Part shown: positions 7,582-16,980 of the stretch, in pieces
Position numbering within the stretch: position 1 is the stretch's first letter
How the letters are laid out: the number at the start of each line of letters is the position of its first letter
Assembly (NCBI GenBank): GCA_002787695.1
Contig: PCXL01000011.1
Location: 61,155 to 125,154 of the forward strand
Direction of reading: 5' to 3'
Length of the DNA: 64,000 nt
From: Candidatus Zambryskibacteria bacterium CG10_big_fil_rev_8_21_14_0_10_42_12
GTDB taxonomy: Bacteria; Patescibacteriota; Minisyncoccia; Phycocordibacterales; 1-14-0-10-42-12
Notes under the pieces: model-generated
What the model saw: the letters and a program-made list of their open reading frames with translations, nothing else
Database searches by the model: none
What the model was told of the DNA's origin: nothing
Position numbers and translations under genes: made by a program

Positions 7582-8523
7582 ATGCCAGCAAATAATCTTG
7601 GGAAAATTTCAAAAGTGGAGTTTAGGAAAGCGTGGAATCATGAGGCTTCTGATTTTACAAATTGGCTCGCGGAGGAAGAAAACCTACGCCTCTTGAGTGA
7701 TGAAATCGGTATTGATATTAAACTTATTCAAACAGAAGCAAGTGTGGGGAAATTTAATGTTGATATTCTGGCAGAAGAGGAAAACACAGGAAAGAAGATT
7801 GTCATTGAAAATCAACTCGAAGCGACAAACCATGACCATCTTGGGAAAATTATTACCTATGCGTCTGGCTACGAGGCAAATATTGTCATTTGGGTTGTGA
7901 AGGAAGCGAGAGAGGAACATCGACAAGCGGTCGACTGGCTCAATGAGCATACTGATGAGGATCTTGCATTCTTTTTGATACAAATAGAATTGTGGCAGAT
8001 CGGGATGTCTCCGTTTGCACCTAAGTTTGAAATGATTTCTAAGCCAAATGATTGGGCTAAAACAATAAAGCAATCAGTCGGAAGTAATAAAGTAACCGAA
8101 ACAAAGGCGCAGCAATTGCAATTTTGGGAACAGTTTAAGAATTATGCAAAGGACCATAATACAAATTTGAGATTGCAGAAAGCTTATCCACATCACTGGA
8201 TGAACGTCAGTATTGGGAGTAGCCATGCACATATGGCACTTTCTATGAGTTCATTTGATGAGGTGATGCGAACAGAGCTGTATATACCAGATAATAAAGA
8301 AATATATAATTTTTTGTATAAGCAAAGAGATAAGATTGAAAAAGAATTTGGCATGAAGCTCGAGTGGATGGAATTACCAGAAAGAAAAGCGAGTCGTATA
8401 AAAGTAGAAACTTCAGGCCTTATAGATAATACGGACGAATGGGAAACATATTTTGCATGGCTTCAAAAAACCGCCGAAGATTTTCAACGAGTTTTTTCAA
8501 AAATTTTAAAAAAGTATAAATAA
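7582..8523 (+). CDS. PD-(D/E)XK nuclease-fold protein (DUF4268-like)
   Basis: N-terminal FNVDILAEEEN...KKIVIENQLEATNHDHLGKIITYA is typical of NucS/RecB-like nuclease cores. 313 aa, adjacent to the R-M operon. Confidence 0.5.
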   Translation: MPANNLGKISKVEFRKAWNHEASDFTNWLAEEENLRLLSDEIGIDIKLIQTEASVGKFNVDILAEEENTGKKIVIENQLEATNHDHLGKIITYASGYEANIVIWVVKEAREEHRQAVDWLNEHTDEDLAFFLIQIELWQIGMSPFAPKFEMISKPNDWAKTIKQSVGSNKVTETKAQQLQFWEQFKNYAKDHNTNLRLQKAYPHHWMNVSIGSSHAHMALSMSSFDEVMRTELYIPDNKEIYNFLYKQRDKIEKEFGMKLEWMELPERKASRIKVETSGLIDNTDEWETYFAWLQKTAEDFQRVFSKILKKYK

Positions 8524-8527
8524 TCCC

Positions 8528-8671
8528 ATGAACTCATCTAAAACTCTCTATATCATGTGTGGTGTGGGATTTGCGGGGAAATCTACCCTTGCGAAAAAGA
8601 TCGCGGAATATACCGGGGCGACTTTGGTCAGTCAGGATGCTATGTATTTTGAAAAAGAAGAGGTAAGTTGA
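8528..8671 (+). pseudogene. Truncated P-loop kinase/AAA-type ATPase gene fragment (49 codons, Walker A only)
   Basis: MNSSKTLYIMCGVGFAGKSTLAKKIAEYTGATLVSQDAMYFEKEEVS*. It has a Walker A motif GxxGxGKST and terminates after 49 aa, immediately upstream of a GC-rich ORF. Confidence 0.55.
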
Positions 8672-8714
8672 CACATTACGTGTTAAGTAGTATTAAGTAG
8701 ATGGAGGGCAGAGG

Positions 8715-9362
8715 ATGCCGAATCATACGAAGTGGACTGATGACAGGTTGGCTGTGGTTCGAGAACTTGCGAGTGAGCAAGGTCTTACTGCACGTGCAAT
8801 ATTTGCCCTGCAAAGACCAGAGCTTACTGGATTCACCGAGCGTGCGATCCAAAATACGATGGCTCGGTTTGGGTACACGGATCCAAGGCGGAGCGCGCAA
8901 CGAAAGCGTGCGCGTCGCCTAACGAAGGACGAGAAGGAACGACTGATCGAATATCTCGAAGGTGACGGCGCAAAGAAATCGAACAAGCTCGTGGCAAAGA
9001 AGCTCAAAGTGCCGCTTGCTAGTGTCGAGTACTGGCGTAAGCAACTAGGTCAACGGGTCGATCGTAACAAGATTTTCAAATCTGCTGTGTATCGGCGGAG
9101 CGCGTCACGTCGGGCAACTCTGTATGGCCAAGAGATCAGAGAGGCGCGTCGAGCGCAATTTCGGGCGAGGCGCACACGTCTTATCCAACAACTGAGGAAG
9201 CAACCGGACAAGGTTTGTAGGACCTGTAAGGAGCCTTGGTTTGAAGATGAATTCTTCTTTTATCGCGCTTCGACGCGAAGCAAAGACAACAAGCGCTTAT
9301 TGTTTGCGACGTGCAAGGCGTGCGTCAGTGAACAGAGGGCGCGACAACGACGTCATGTCTGA
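8715..9362 (+). CDS. Hypothetical Arg-rich DNA-binding protein (predicted HTH segments plus C-terminal CxxC...CxxC zinc ribbon)
   Basis: 215 aa, about 52% GC against a roughly 42% background. Contains CRTCKEPW...CKACV. It follows the truncated kinase fragment and may be a mobile-element remnant. Confidence 0.45.
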   Translation: MPNHTKWTDDRLAVVRELASEQGLTARAIFALQRPELTGFTERAIQNTMARFGYTDPRRSAQRKRARRLTKDEKERLIEYLEGDGAKKSNKLVAKKLKVPLASVEYWRKQLGQRVDRNKIFKSAVYRRSASRRATLYGQEIREARRAQFRARRTRLIQQLRKQPDKVCRTCKEPWFEDEFFFYRASTRSKDNKRLLFATCKACVSEQRARQRRHV

Positions 9363-10078
9363 AAATGGGGGTCACCTGAAACACGGGTGACCCTTGTTCT
9401 TTTTTGTCTGAGCATTCTATATAATGTACACGCATAGGTAGACTCGCCGGTTTTCAGGCTCTCAGTTTTTGAAAGAAGATCATCTTCTGAACATGACGCA
9501 TTCTTACATGCAGTTTTTGTATTGCAAAAACCCAGAACGGAGCGTTTGGGGAAACAACCCTTAAAAAGGATTGACAAACGCTCCGTTCTGGGTTTTTAAC
9601 GTGCTTTCACCTTCATGAATGCCTTGCGGGCATTTTAATGATTTACAAGCTAAAGTCAAATATATGGCTCTGTTGGGTTTGACACTCAAAAAAATGTATC
9701 TCTTGTCCACAAAATGTGGATAAAGTTCGTTGACTCTTCATGGTCACGTCGTACCATTAGAAGTACGAGAACTGATGGGAAACCAGTACTCGGTCGCCGA
9801 CTATGCAATACAACTGGTTTCCAAAATTTTTCATAGCAGTATAAAACCGACAAACCCGGGGAAGAGGTATGTCGGTTTTTCGTAAAATTTGAAACCAGTT
9901 AGTCGAGAACCTCGACAATCCAAATGACAGAGCACAGAACGTGTTTGTGTTTTGATATTTGGATTGCCATTACGTATATCCCTTACACGGAGTATGCGTA
10001 TCGCAATTCAAAGTTAATGGTCGATATCATTCTCGTACGAGAAATTTATTACAAGAATTAATTAATCAAAGTAAAGAT

Positions 10079-10714
10079 ATGAAGAAAGTAACAGCAATTA
10101 TTGCTACAGTAGCATTTCTCGCAAGTGTGAACGTAGCAAACGCATGGTACTGGGGCGGATGGAATGATGATGACAATACGGTAAACATCAATACTACAAA
10201 TTCTGCAACAGTTTCAAATACAGTAACTACAAAGGCAAACACTGGCTCAAACACAACAGTTGGCGGTAGTGCTGGTAACACAGTATCTGGGTATGGCAAC
10301 AACGGTGGTAATGATGCTACTGGAGGAGATGCAGATGTTGATACTGGTGATGCAACAGCAGTTAGTGATGTTCTCAACAATGTGAACGGAACTGACATTA
10401 ACGTTGTTGGTCCAGACTGTGGTTGTGAAGGTGACAACGAAGTAAACGTAAACGTTAGAAATAGCGCAACGGTTACAAACGATGTTTACACCAAAGCAAA
10501 CACGGGCTACAACACAACAGTTGGCGGCAGTGCAGGTAATGATGTAGACGGCGCTACTCGCCCATGGTGGAGAAGACATCATGTGGTAAATGGTGGCAAC
10601 AACGGTGGTAATGATGCTACTGGAGGAGATGCAGATGTTGATACTGGAGAAGCAGTAAGTGGTACGGTGGTATCTAATTACGTAAACCAGACAATAGTTC
10701 GCGTACGACGATAA
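10079..10714 (+). CDS. Secreted repeat protein (signal peptide; internal repeats TKANTGxNTTVGGSAGN and NGGNDATGGDADVDTG)
   Basis: Start chosen at MKKVTAIIATVAFLASVNVANA (signal peptide). Two near-identical internal repeat blocks. Confidence 0.6.
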   Translation: MKKVTAIIATVAFLASVNVANAWYWGGWNDDDNTVNINTTNSATVSNTVTTKANTGSNTTVGGSAGNTVSGYGNNGGNDATGGDADVDTGDATAVSDVLNNVNGTDINVVGPDCGCEGDNEVNVNVRNSATVTNDVYTKANTGYNTTVGGSAGNDVDGATRPWWRRHHVVNGGNNGGNDATGGDADVDTGEAVSGTVVSNYVNQTIVRVRR

Positions 10715-10736
10715 TCGTACAAGGTGAGGAAGGTTC

Positions 10737-10782
10737 CCTTCCTCCCGCAAAATCCCATATTTTCGGGATTTTGCGGGAGGAA
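10737..10782. terminator. Intercistronic 16-bp perfect inverted repeat (CCTCCCGCAAAATCCC / GGGATTTTGCGGGAGG)
   Basis: Lies between the stop at 10714 and the start at 10794. Confidence 0.5.
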
Positions 10783-10793
10783 CACCGAAAATT

Positions 10794-11285
10794 ATGAAAA
10801 GAAACATCGTGTACATACTCTATATGGGAATATTATGGGCACTCGCACTCCCTGCGCAGGCTTATACAGAGGTGACAAATACGGTGACAACAGAGGCAAA
10901 TACAGGAGGCGGAGGTGGTACGGCGACGGTCAACACAAAGATCTACACAGAGGTAAATGGGGAGGTGATAACTGATATCGATGAGACAAAGACAAGCACA
11001 GACGGTTCTCCTGTAGTGATAGAAAAGGAAATCACATATTCAGATAATTGGAGAGATATACCAACGGACATAGACATGGTTTCAGAAACTCGTACGGAGA
11101 CATCTGTACAGGTTAAAGAGGATTCAGTAATGATGAATGAAGATGATGTCGATGCTATGGAAGAAGTAATGGAGGAGATGACGGAGGAGCGTCTAGAAGA
11201 TGTTGAGGCAAGATCAGAGGCACAGGTAACCGTGTTTGCACGCATTAAAGTATTTTTCAAAACATATGTATTTTGGTGGCTATAA
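10794..11285 (+). CDS. Secreted acidic protein sharing the T(E/K)ANTG motif with neighbours
   Basis: Signal peptide MKRNIVYILYMGILWALALPAQA, then YTEVTNTVTTEANTGGGGG and an acidic C-terminal half. Confidence 0.5.
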   Translation: MKRNIVYILYMGILWALALPAQAYTEVTNTVTTEANTGGGGGTATVNTKIYTEVNGEVITDIDETKTSTDGSPVVIEKEITYSDNWRDIPTDIDMVSETRTETSVQVKEDSVMMNEDDVDAMEEVMEEMTEERLEDVEARSEAQVTVFARIKVFFKTYVFWWL

Positions 11286-13938
11286 AAAAGACCCAATATG
11301 TGAACAAGTGCTAGCGATATGGATCGCGCTTGTGCTTGTATGTGTTCCTGGTGCACCACTGTATGCTGAAGAAGGTGGAGATGCGGAGATAAACACTGGA
11401 GACGCGACTGTTTCGGTTGAAGCAACAAATAGTGCGAACAACAATGTTGTAGACACTGAACCAGAACCAGATCCAGCAGAGGAAGAAGAACAACCTGAAT
11501 CTGTAGAGGAACAAAGTGCTGGCGAGTCAGATGGATCAACAGAAGAAGGTGGGGACGACGAAGGTGCCACATCATCGCCGAGTTTATTGAGTCAGGAACA
11601 GCATGAATTGGCAACGAGTACGGCAACATCGACAGACCCAGTTGCTCAAACGGAGGTCGCTTCAACAACGGGCACGACTACTACACACACAACTATAGAT
11701 ATTGATAATGAAGCACATCTGGAATCAGGTGCCGATTTACTTGCACAGACAGGCGAGAATACTGCGACAAGCACAGGAACGACCACGATAGAAACGGGTG
11801 ATGCATATGCAAACGTAAATATTTTGAATATTGCGAATACAAATATTATTGATTCCTACGGTTTCATGTTGCTCCTTAATAGTTTTATGGGAGATATTGG
11901 AACGATAGATTTTAGAGATTTTATAGCACCATTACTTTTTAATAATAATCAGCAGTCATCTTGTGGTACCGGAGTTTGTGGAGGAGATGATACGCTCGAT
12001 ATTTCTGGAACCAGTACAACAACCATAAACAATGCCGTTATCGTGCGTTCGCAGACTGGTGGCAACTCTGCTTCTGGTGGTGATGCGTCAATACAAACAG
12101 GAGATGCATATGCGGGTGCTAATGTGGTCAATATCGCGAATACTAATATTGTTGATTCGAACTATATGTTGCTTGCCCTCAACAATTTTGGAGATTGGTC
12201 GGGGGATTTGGTGTTGCCTGGAAAAGATTTCTTTATCAATATGCTCTATGGCATGGGTACGACTGGCGCAGGAACAGTGACGGTGAATACAGAAAACAAT
12301 GCGAACATTGAAAACGGAGTTTCTACAGTTGCCGATACAGGAGGTAACACTGCAACAAGTACAGAGAGTGGAGCCAATATTGAAACAGGAAATGCTACAG
12401 CTCAAACAAACGTAACGAATGTAGTAAACCAAAATTTCTTTAATCAGGATTCACTATTTATTATCTTTAAAGTGCATGGCACATGGTCGGGAAATGTATT
12501 TGGACTACCGCCAGGGCTTTCATGGCGCGAGACACCGCATGGTATTGAAGTATTTGGAAGTGGACAGACGCAGACAGGTTCATCTGGTACTGGCTTGAAT
12601 AATCTCTCGATAAACCAACAGAACAATGCCGACATTAAAAACAACGTAGAACTGTATGCTCTTACGGGAGAAAATGAAGCAGGGGGAGGTAATACATCTA
12701 TTCAAACAGGTAATGCGTACGCCGGTGCCAATGTGGTTAATATGGCAAACACTAATATCATTGGCCGCAACTGGATACTTGCCATCGTAAACATCTTTGG
12801 TGACTGGAATGGAAACTTGGCCTTTGGACGACCTGACCTCTGGATAGGTGGCAAAATAGAGCCCGTAAACCCAATGAGTCCTATTGGACCCGGTTCTGAA
12901 CTTCGATATAAAGTTGTTGTGGTAAATAGAGGAGATTCTGATGCGACAGATGTTGTGCTTAAACATCGTTTTGATGTGCCATTTGTCTCATTTGTAGACA
13001 CAAGTAATCCTCAGAAGGTGAATGAGAGAGATACACTATGGAATATTGGCACGATCGCTGTTGGCGAACATGTTGAAATAACATTGCCTGCAGTGGTAAA
13101 AAGTGCACGTGAAATTGTAAGTGGTACAACTCGTATTGAGAGCATGTTTGAGGTTACGTCGTTTGAAACGGATGCTGACAGTGGTGACAACAAAGAGCAT
13201 CTTTCTGTTGTTATAGATAACTATGATGCAAACCTATCTCCAGTAAATCTAAATCCAAACATAGAAGAACCGGTCGTGCCGGTATTACCAGACTTTAGTG
13301 TAGTGAAGACGAGCAGTACTCATACAACAGTGGCAAGCAGTACAGTGGAATATACCGTGACGCTTAAAAATAATGGTGGGTTTGCGCCTGATGCGGTAGT
13401 GATCGATGCACTCAAAGATGAGAACGGAAATATTGTTTTTGAGCAGGTATGGCAACTCGGTCCCGTCTATGAGAATGAGGAAATTACCATTACATACGGA
13501 ACTATCTTTAGTGGTGATATGGAACCGGGATTATACACAAACACTGCAGAAGTCATTGCAAAAGTATCTACCGATAGCGAAGATGTTATCCGATCTTCCG
13601 CCGATGCGATCGTCGCACTGGAAGCAGGTGTAGTGGTAGAACCGCCAGTGATTCCTGCACCAGTGGTACAGCCTGTCAGACGACAGATTGTGGCGATGAA
13701 TGATACATACGGTATAACCCTGATCCCTCCGATGTGTAGCCTCTACAGTTGCTTAATAGATACGGATGATGAGGCTTCTACTCAATTTGGGTTCGGTAAC
13801 ATGTTTCTCGCATCAGCCTTTGGTAGCGGATTCCCGCCAAGTGACGATAGATCACTCAAACTCTTTATTTTGGCAGCAGTCATGTATGCGGTTGGCAGAC
13901 CAAGAGAGAATCGTCATGGCATGTCACTGTTCTTCTAA
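11266..13938 (+). CDS. Large cell-surface protein: signal peptide, Thr/Asn-rich beta-helix-like repeats (TGxNxAxxGxAxIQTGxAYAGANVVNxANTNI), two DUF11/CARDB-like domains, C-terminal hydrophobic anchor
   Basis: The repeat recurs at least four times. The DUF11-like segments are YKVVVVNRGDSDATDVVLKHRFDVP and YTVTLKNNGGFAPDAVVIDAL. The start is inferred at MYFGGY, overlapping the previous gene. Confidence 0.6.
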   Translation: MYFGGYKKDPICEQVLAIWIALVLVCVPGAPLYAEEGGDAEINTGDATVSVEATNSANNNVVDTEPEPDPAEEEEQPESVEEQSAGESDGSTEEGGDDEGATSSPSLLSQEQHELATSTATSTDPVAQTEVASTTGTTTTHTTIDIDNEAHLESGADLLAQTGENTATSTGTTTIETGDAYANVNILNIANTNIIDSYGFMLLLNSFMGDIGTIDFRDFIAPLLFNNNQQSSCGTGVCGGDDTLDISGTSTTTINNAVIVRSQTGGNSASGGDASIQTGDAYAGANVVNIANTNIVDSNYMLLALNNFGDWSGDLVLPGKDFFINMLYGMGTTGAGTVTVNTENNANIENGVSTVADTGGNTATSTESGANIETGNATAQTNVTNVVNQNFFNQDSLFIIFKVHGTWSGNVFGLPPGLSWRETPHGIEVFGSGQTQTGSSGTGLNNLSINQQNNADIKNNVELYALTGENEAGGGNTSIQTGNAYAGANVVNMANTNIIGRNWILAIVNIFGDWNGNLAFGRPDLWIGGKIEPVNPMSPIGPGSELRYKVVVVNRGDSDATDVVLKHRFDVPFVSFVDTSNPQKVNERDTLWNIGTIAVGEHVEITLPAVVKSAREIVSGTTRIESMFEVTSFETDADSGDNKEHLSVVIDNYDANLSPVNLNPNIEEPVVPVLPDFSVVKTSSTHTTVASSTVEYTVTLKNNGGFAPDAVVIDALKDENGNIVFEQVWQLGPVYENEEITITYGTIFSGDMEPGLYTNTAEVIAKVSTDSEDVIRSSADAIVALEAGVVVEPPVIPAPVVQPVRRQIVAMNDTYGITLIPPMCSLYSCLIDTDDEASTQFGFGNMFLASAFGSGFPPSDDRSLKLFILAAVMYAVGRPRENRHGMSLFF

Positions 13939-14195
13939 ACTTCTACAATAAGAGCAAGCGCCCCGTGATGGGGCGCCTTGGTTAGGAATACGGCCTGTCC
14001 GTTACTGTCCAGAACGGCGATGACATGTTTCAGTTTTTCCTCGAGCTGCTTCAGCTCATCAGGATTTGCAAGTTCGATTTCTTTTTTCAAACTTTCCTCC
14101 AGGGGTATTGATTCTGCCTGTAATAATACGCTATTTTCCTGTTTTTTTAAAAGGACACCTTACAAAGGTTGAACCTTTGTAAGGTTGGGATATGG

Positions 14196-15119
14196 TTACT
14201 TTCCAGCTTTCAAAAAGAGGTAAATGTCTTCAAGAGCTTTTACCGCATCGCCTGCAGCGATGTTGTTTTGGTGGTACTTTACATTCGTACAGTCGCCCGC
14301 AGCCCAGATACCAAGGGTACTCGTGCGCTGATTCCATGGATCGATCTCAATTTGTCCGTAGTCGTTGAGCTTCACCACATCCTTGGTGATGTTTGTTGCG
14401 GGTATTAATCCGATTTCTACAAAGATACCCGGCGCTGCAAGTTCTATGTCTTTGTTTTCTTTTGTGTCAGTGTATACGATGCTTGAGACGAATTTATCTC
14501 CTTTGATTTCTTTAGGTTGTGCGTTTAAAACGAGTTTGAAGTTTGGATGTTTTTTAACTTCATCGATGGTCACGGGATCTGCCTTGAGTGTCTCGCTTCT
14601 GTTGAGGAGGGTGACACTTTTTGCATAGGCGAGGAGCTGCGCCGCTGTTTCAAATGCTGCATTTCCACCACCCACGACCACCGTATCTTGACCTGCAAAC
14701 AGAGGGCCGTCACACGATGCGCAGTAGGTAAGTCCTTTATGTTCGAATGTGTCCGCACCAGGGACTTCGAGACGACGACGTTTGCTGCCGGATGTAATCA
14801 AAACCGTTTTTGTTCCGTAGCTACCCTTATCGGTTTCTACGGTAAAACCATTTCCACTTTGTGAAATATTTTTTACCCACTCGGGTACTTTTACATCCAC
14901 AATATCGCCTGCATATTGCTTTACGTGTGTTTCAAATGATTTAGCGAGATCTGCTCCTGAAATTGTAGGAGTTCCGATCCAGTTTTCAATGCCTTCTGAT
15001 ACATTGCTCTGTCCACCCCATTCTCCGGCAATAATAGCGCTCTTGAGGCGTTTTCGGGCCGCATAGACGGCTGCGGCGGCACCTGCAGGCCCGCCACCAA
15101 TAATGATTAAATCGTACAT
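14196..15119 (-). CDS. trxB: Thioredoxin-disulfide reductase
   Basis: IIIGGGPAGAAAAVYAAR (FAD), CASCDG redox-active disulfide, VVGGGNAA (NADPH). Confidence 0.9.
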   Translation of the reverse strand: MYDLIIIGGGPAGAAAAVYAARKRLKSAIIAGEWGGQSNVSEGIENWIGTPTISGADLAKSFETHVKQYAGDIVDVKVPEWVKNISQSGNGFTVETDKGSYGTKTVLITSGSKRRRLEVPGADTFEHKGLTYCASCDGPLFAGQDTVVVGGGNAAFETAAQLLAYAKSVTLLNRSETLKADPVTIDEVKKHPNFKLVLNAQPKEIKGDKFVSSIVYTDTKENKDIELAAPGIFVEIGLIPATNITKDVVKLNDYGQIEIDPWNQRTSTLGIWAAGDCTNVKYHQNNIAAGDAVKALEDIYLFLKAGK

Positions 15120-15185
15120 GGAACTCAGTATATAGTACTTGGTACGTAGTATCTAGTATGAGATATGAGGTATACTGACTCTAGC

Positions 15186-15488
15186 ATGAAGTACTATAAG
15201 CTCGTACGGGACAAGATTCCCGCCATCATCCAAGATAAAGGGCAAACCTGCACATTTCATGTTGCAGAAGAGGAAGAGTATGAGGTAAAACTCAAGGAAA
15301 AACTACGAGAAGAGATAGAGGAGTTTTTAGCGAAGTTACATGAGGAAGAACTCGCGGACGTGATGGAGGTTATTGAAGCGTTGATGAAGTTTAAGGGCAT
15401 AGATCGCGATCGTCTTGAACGCATCAAGCAACAGAAAAGAGATGAGCGAGGAGGATTTGATGCGCGATGTATTCTTGACGAGGCGTAA
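15186..15488 (+). CDS. MazG-like/HisE-like all-alpha nucleoside triphosphate pyrophosphohydrolase
   Basis: MKYYKLVRDKIPAII...EEFLAKLHEEELADVMEVIEAL matches the small NTP-PPase family. An alternative upstream ATG is at 15165. Confidence 0.6.
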   Translation: MKYYKLVRDKIPAIIQDKGQTCTFHVAEEEEYEVKLKEKLREEIEEFLAKLHEEELADVMEVIEALMKFKGIDRDRLERIKQQKRDERGGFDARCILDEA

Positions 15489-15517
15489 CATGCGCGCGAC
15501 CTCTGGTCGCGCGCATG
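15489..15517. terminator. Bidirectional hairpin (13-bp perfect stem CATGCGCGCGACC-TCT-GGTCGCGCGCATG) between convergent genes
   Basis: Perfect inverted repeat immediately after the stop at 15488 and before the ftsZ stop at 15532. Confidence 0.6.
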
Positions 15518-15531
15518 TTCTTTGTTATTGA

Positions 15532-16773
15532 TTATTTAAGTTTCGATCGTCTGAGAAATGCGGGTACAGCTCCCCAGTCGTCATCATCGTCCTCGTCTTC
15601 TTCATCGACGGGTTGTGGCTCAGGTTGTTTTGGTTGAGGTTTTGGTTCAGCAGGTCTTTGAGGCTGTTGTTGAGGTGCCTCTGTTCTTGGCTGAGAAACA
15701 GTATTAAAGATGCGTCCAATGCCTCTTGGTTCTTCTGAATCAGTCACTTCTTGTTGTTGAGGACGGACGACAGGGGTTGCTGGTTTAGATTCGTGAAAGA
15801 GTGTCTTTTTGAGAGCAGTTTCGGGGAATCCTGTCGCAATGACAGTAACTTTAACCTCACCTTTTTTAAGTTTATCGTCTCTTACTGTTCCAAAGATAAT
15901 TTTTGCTTCAGGATCTGCTGATTCAGTGATAACGCGGGCAGCGTCTTGGATCTCAAACATAGTGAGATCTTCACCGCCTGCAATAGAGAAGAGAACTCCA
16001 CGTGCTCCGTTTACTGAAAGTTCAAGTAGGGGAGAATTAATCGCGTTGCGTGCAGCTTCTTCCGCACGTTTCTCACCACTGGCTTTGCCGATACCCATGA
16101 GTGCAGGTCCTGCATTGGCCATAACTGCTCGTATGTCAGCAAAGTCGATGTTAATGATACCAGGTGTAGTGATAAGATCTGAGATGCCTTCTACTGCAGA
16201 TTTGAGCACATCATCGCACATAGCAAATGCGTTGCGGGCTGATGTGTCTTTGTCGATAGTGGCAAGGAGTCTGTCGTTTGGAATGACAATAATGGCATCA
16301 ACTGATTTTGAAAGTTCTTCAAGGCCTTTTTCAGCAAGGCGCATGCGCTGAGTTCCTTCAAATGAAAATGGTTTTGTCACAACGGCTACTGTCAGTGCGT
16401 CGAGTTCGTGTGCTGTCTTTGCAACTACTGGTGCAGCACCAGTACCAGTACCACCACCGAGGCCACTCGCGATAAACACCATGTCTGCACCTTTGATTGT
16501 TTCCTGGATTTCTTCTTTGGTTTCTTCGGCTGCGCGTTTACCCATGTCAGGGTTCATACCGGTACCGAGACCGCGGGTAAGATTTTTACCAATATGGATT
16601 TTCTTTTTAGCAAAAGAATTGTGAAGGTCTTGTGCATCAGTGTTTACAACGATAAATTCAACCCCTTTCACTTTTGAATTCACCATGTGGTTGACTGCGT
16701 TTTTTCCAGAACCACCAACACCGAGTACTTTGATTCGTGCAAATGTTTCAACATCCGGTTTAATTTGAGGCAT
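15532..16773 (-). CDS. ftsZ: Cell division protein FtsZ
   Basis: GGGTGTGAAPVVA tubulin signature and a long Pro/Gln-rich C-terminal linker. Confidence 0.95.
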   Translation of the reverse strand: MPQIKPDVETFARIKVLGVGGSGKNAVNHMVNSKVKGVEFIVVNTDAQDLHNSFAKKKIHIGKNLTRGLGTGMNPDMGKRAAEETKEEIQETIKGADMVFIASGLGGGTGTGAAPVVAKTAHELDALTVAVVTKPFSFEGTQRMRLAEKGLEELSKSVDAIIVIPNDRLLATIDKDTSARNAFAMCDDVLKSAVEGISDLITTPGIINIDFADIRAVMANAGPALMGIGKASGEKRAEEAARNAINSPLLELSVNGARGVLFSIAGGEDLTMFEIQDAARVITESADPEAKIIFGTVRDDKLKKGEVKVTVIATGFPETALKKTLFHESKPATPVVRPQQQEVTDSEEPRGIGRIFNTVSQPRTEAPQQQPQRPAEPKPQPKQPEPQPVDEEDEDDDDDWGAVPAFLRRSKLK

Positions 16774-16980
16774 AGCTTGTGTAGATTATATGTTCTAACT
16801 AGGGCCAGATATAAGGGAATTTTACTGTTATAAAGACAGAAAAACCGCTAGTTATGACCATAGTACCAAAGAAATAGGGCTTTACCATATTGACATCTTT
16901 TCAATACGGGTTGATGTACATGCTTTGTATGAGAAAGAGAACAGCCCGTCGCGTACGCGACGGGCTGGCGAAATTCATGG

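Noticed and set aside
9704-9723. Chromosomal replication origin (oriC) at the DnaA-box pair
   Set aside because: Only two boxes, no dnaA/dnaN nearby and no AT-rich unwinding element. It is more likely a regulatory site or chance.
10066-10816. Minus-strand ORFs 10066-10437 and 10247-10816, and many other antisense ORFs in the track (for example 15809-16351, 17623-18081, 23477-23755, 24634-25197, 35565-36200, 49825-50364)
   Set aside because: These lie entirely within well-supported genes on the opposite strand, have low-complexity or repeat-mirror translations, and lack motifs. They are treated as spurious.
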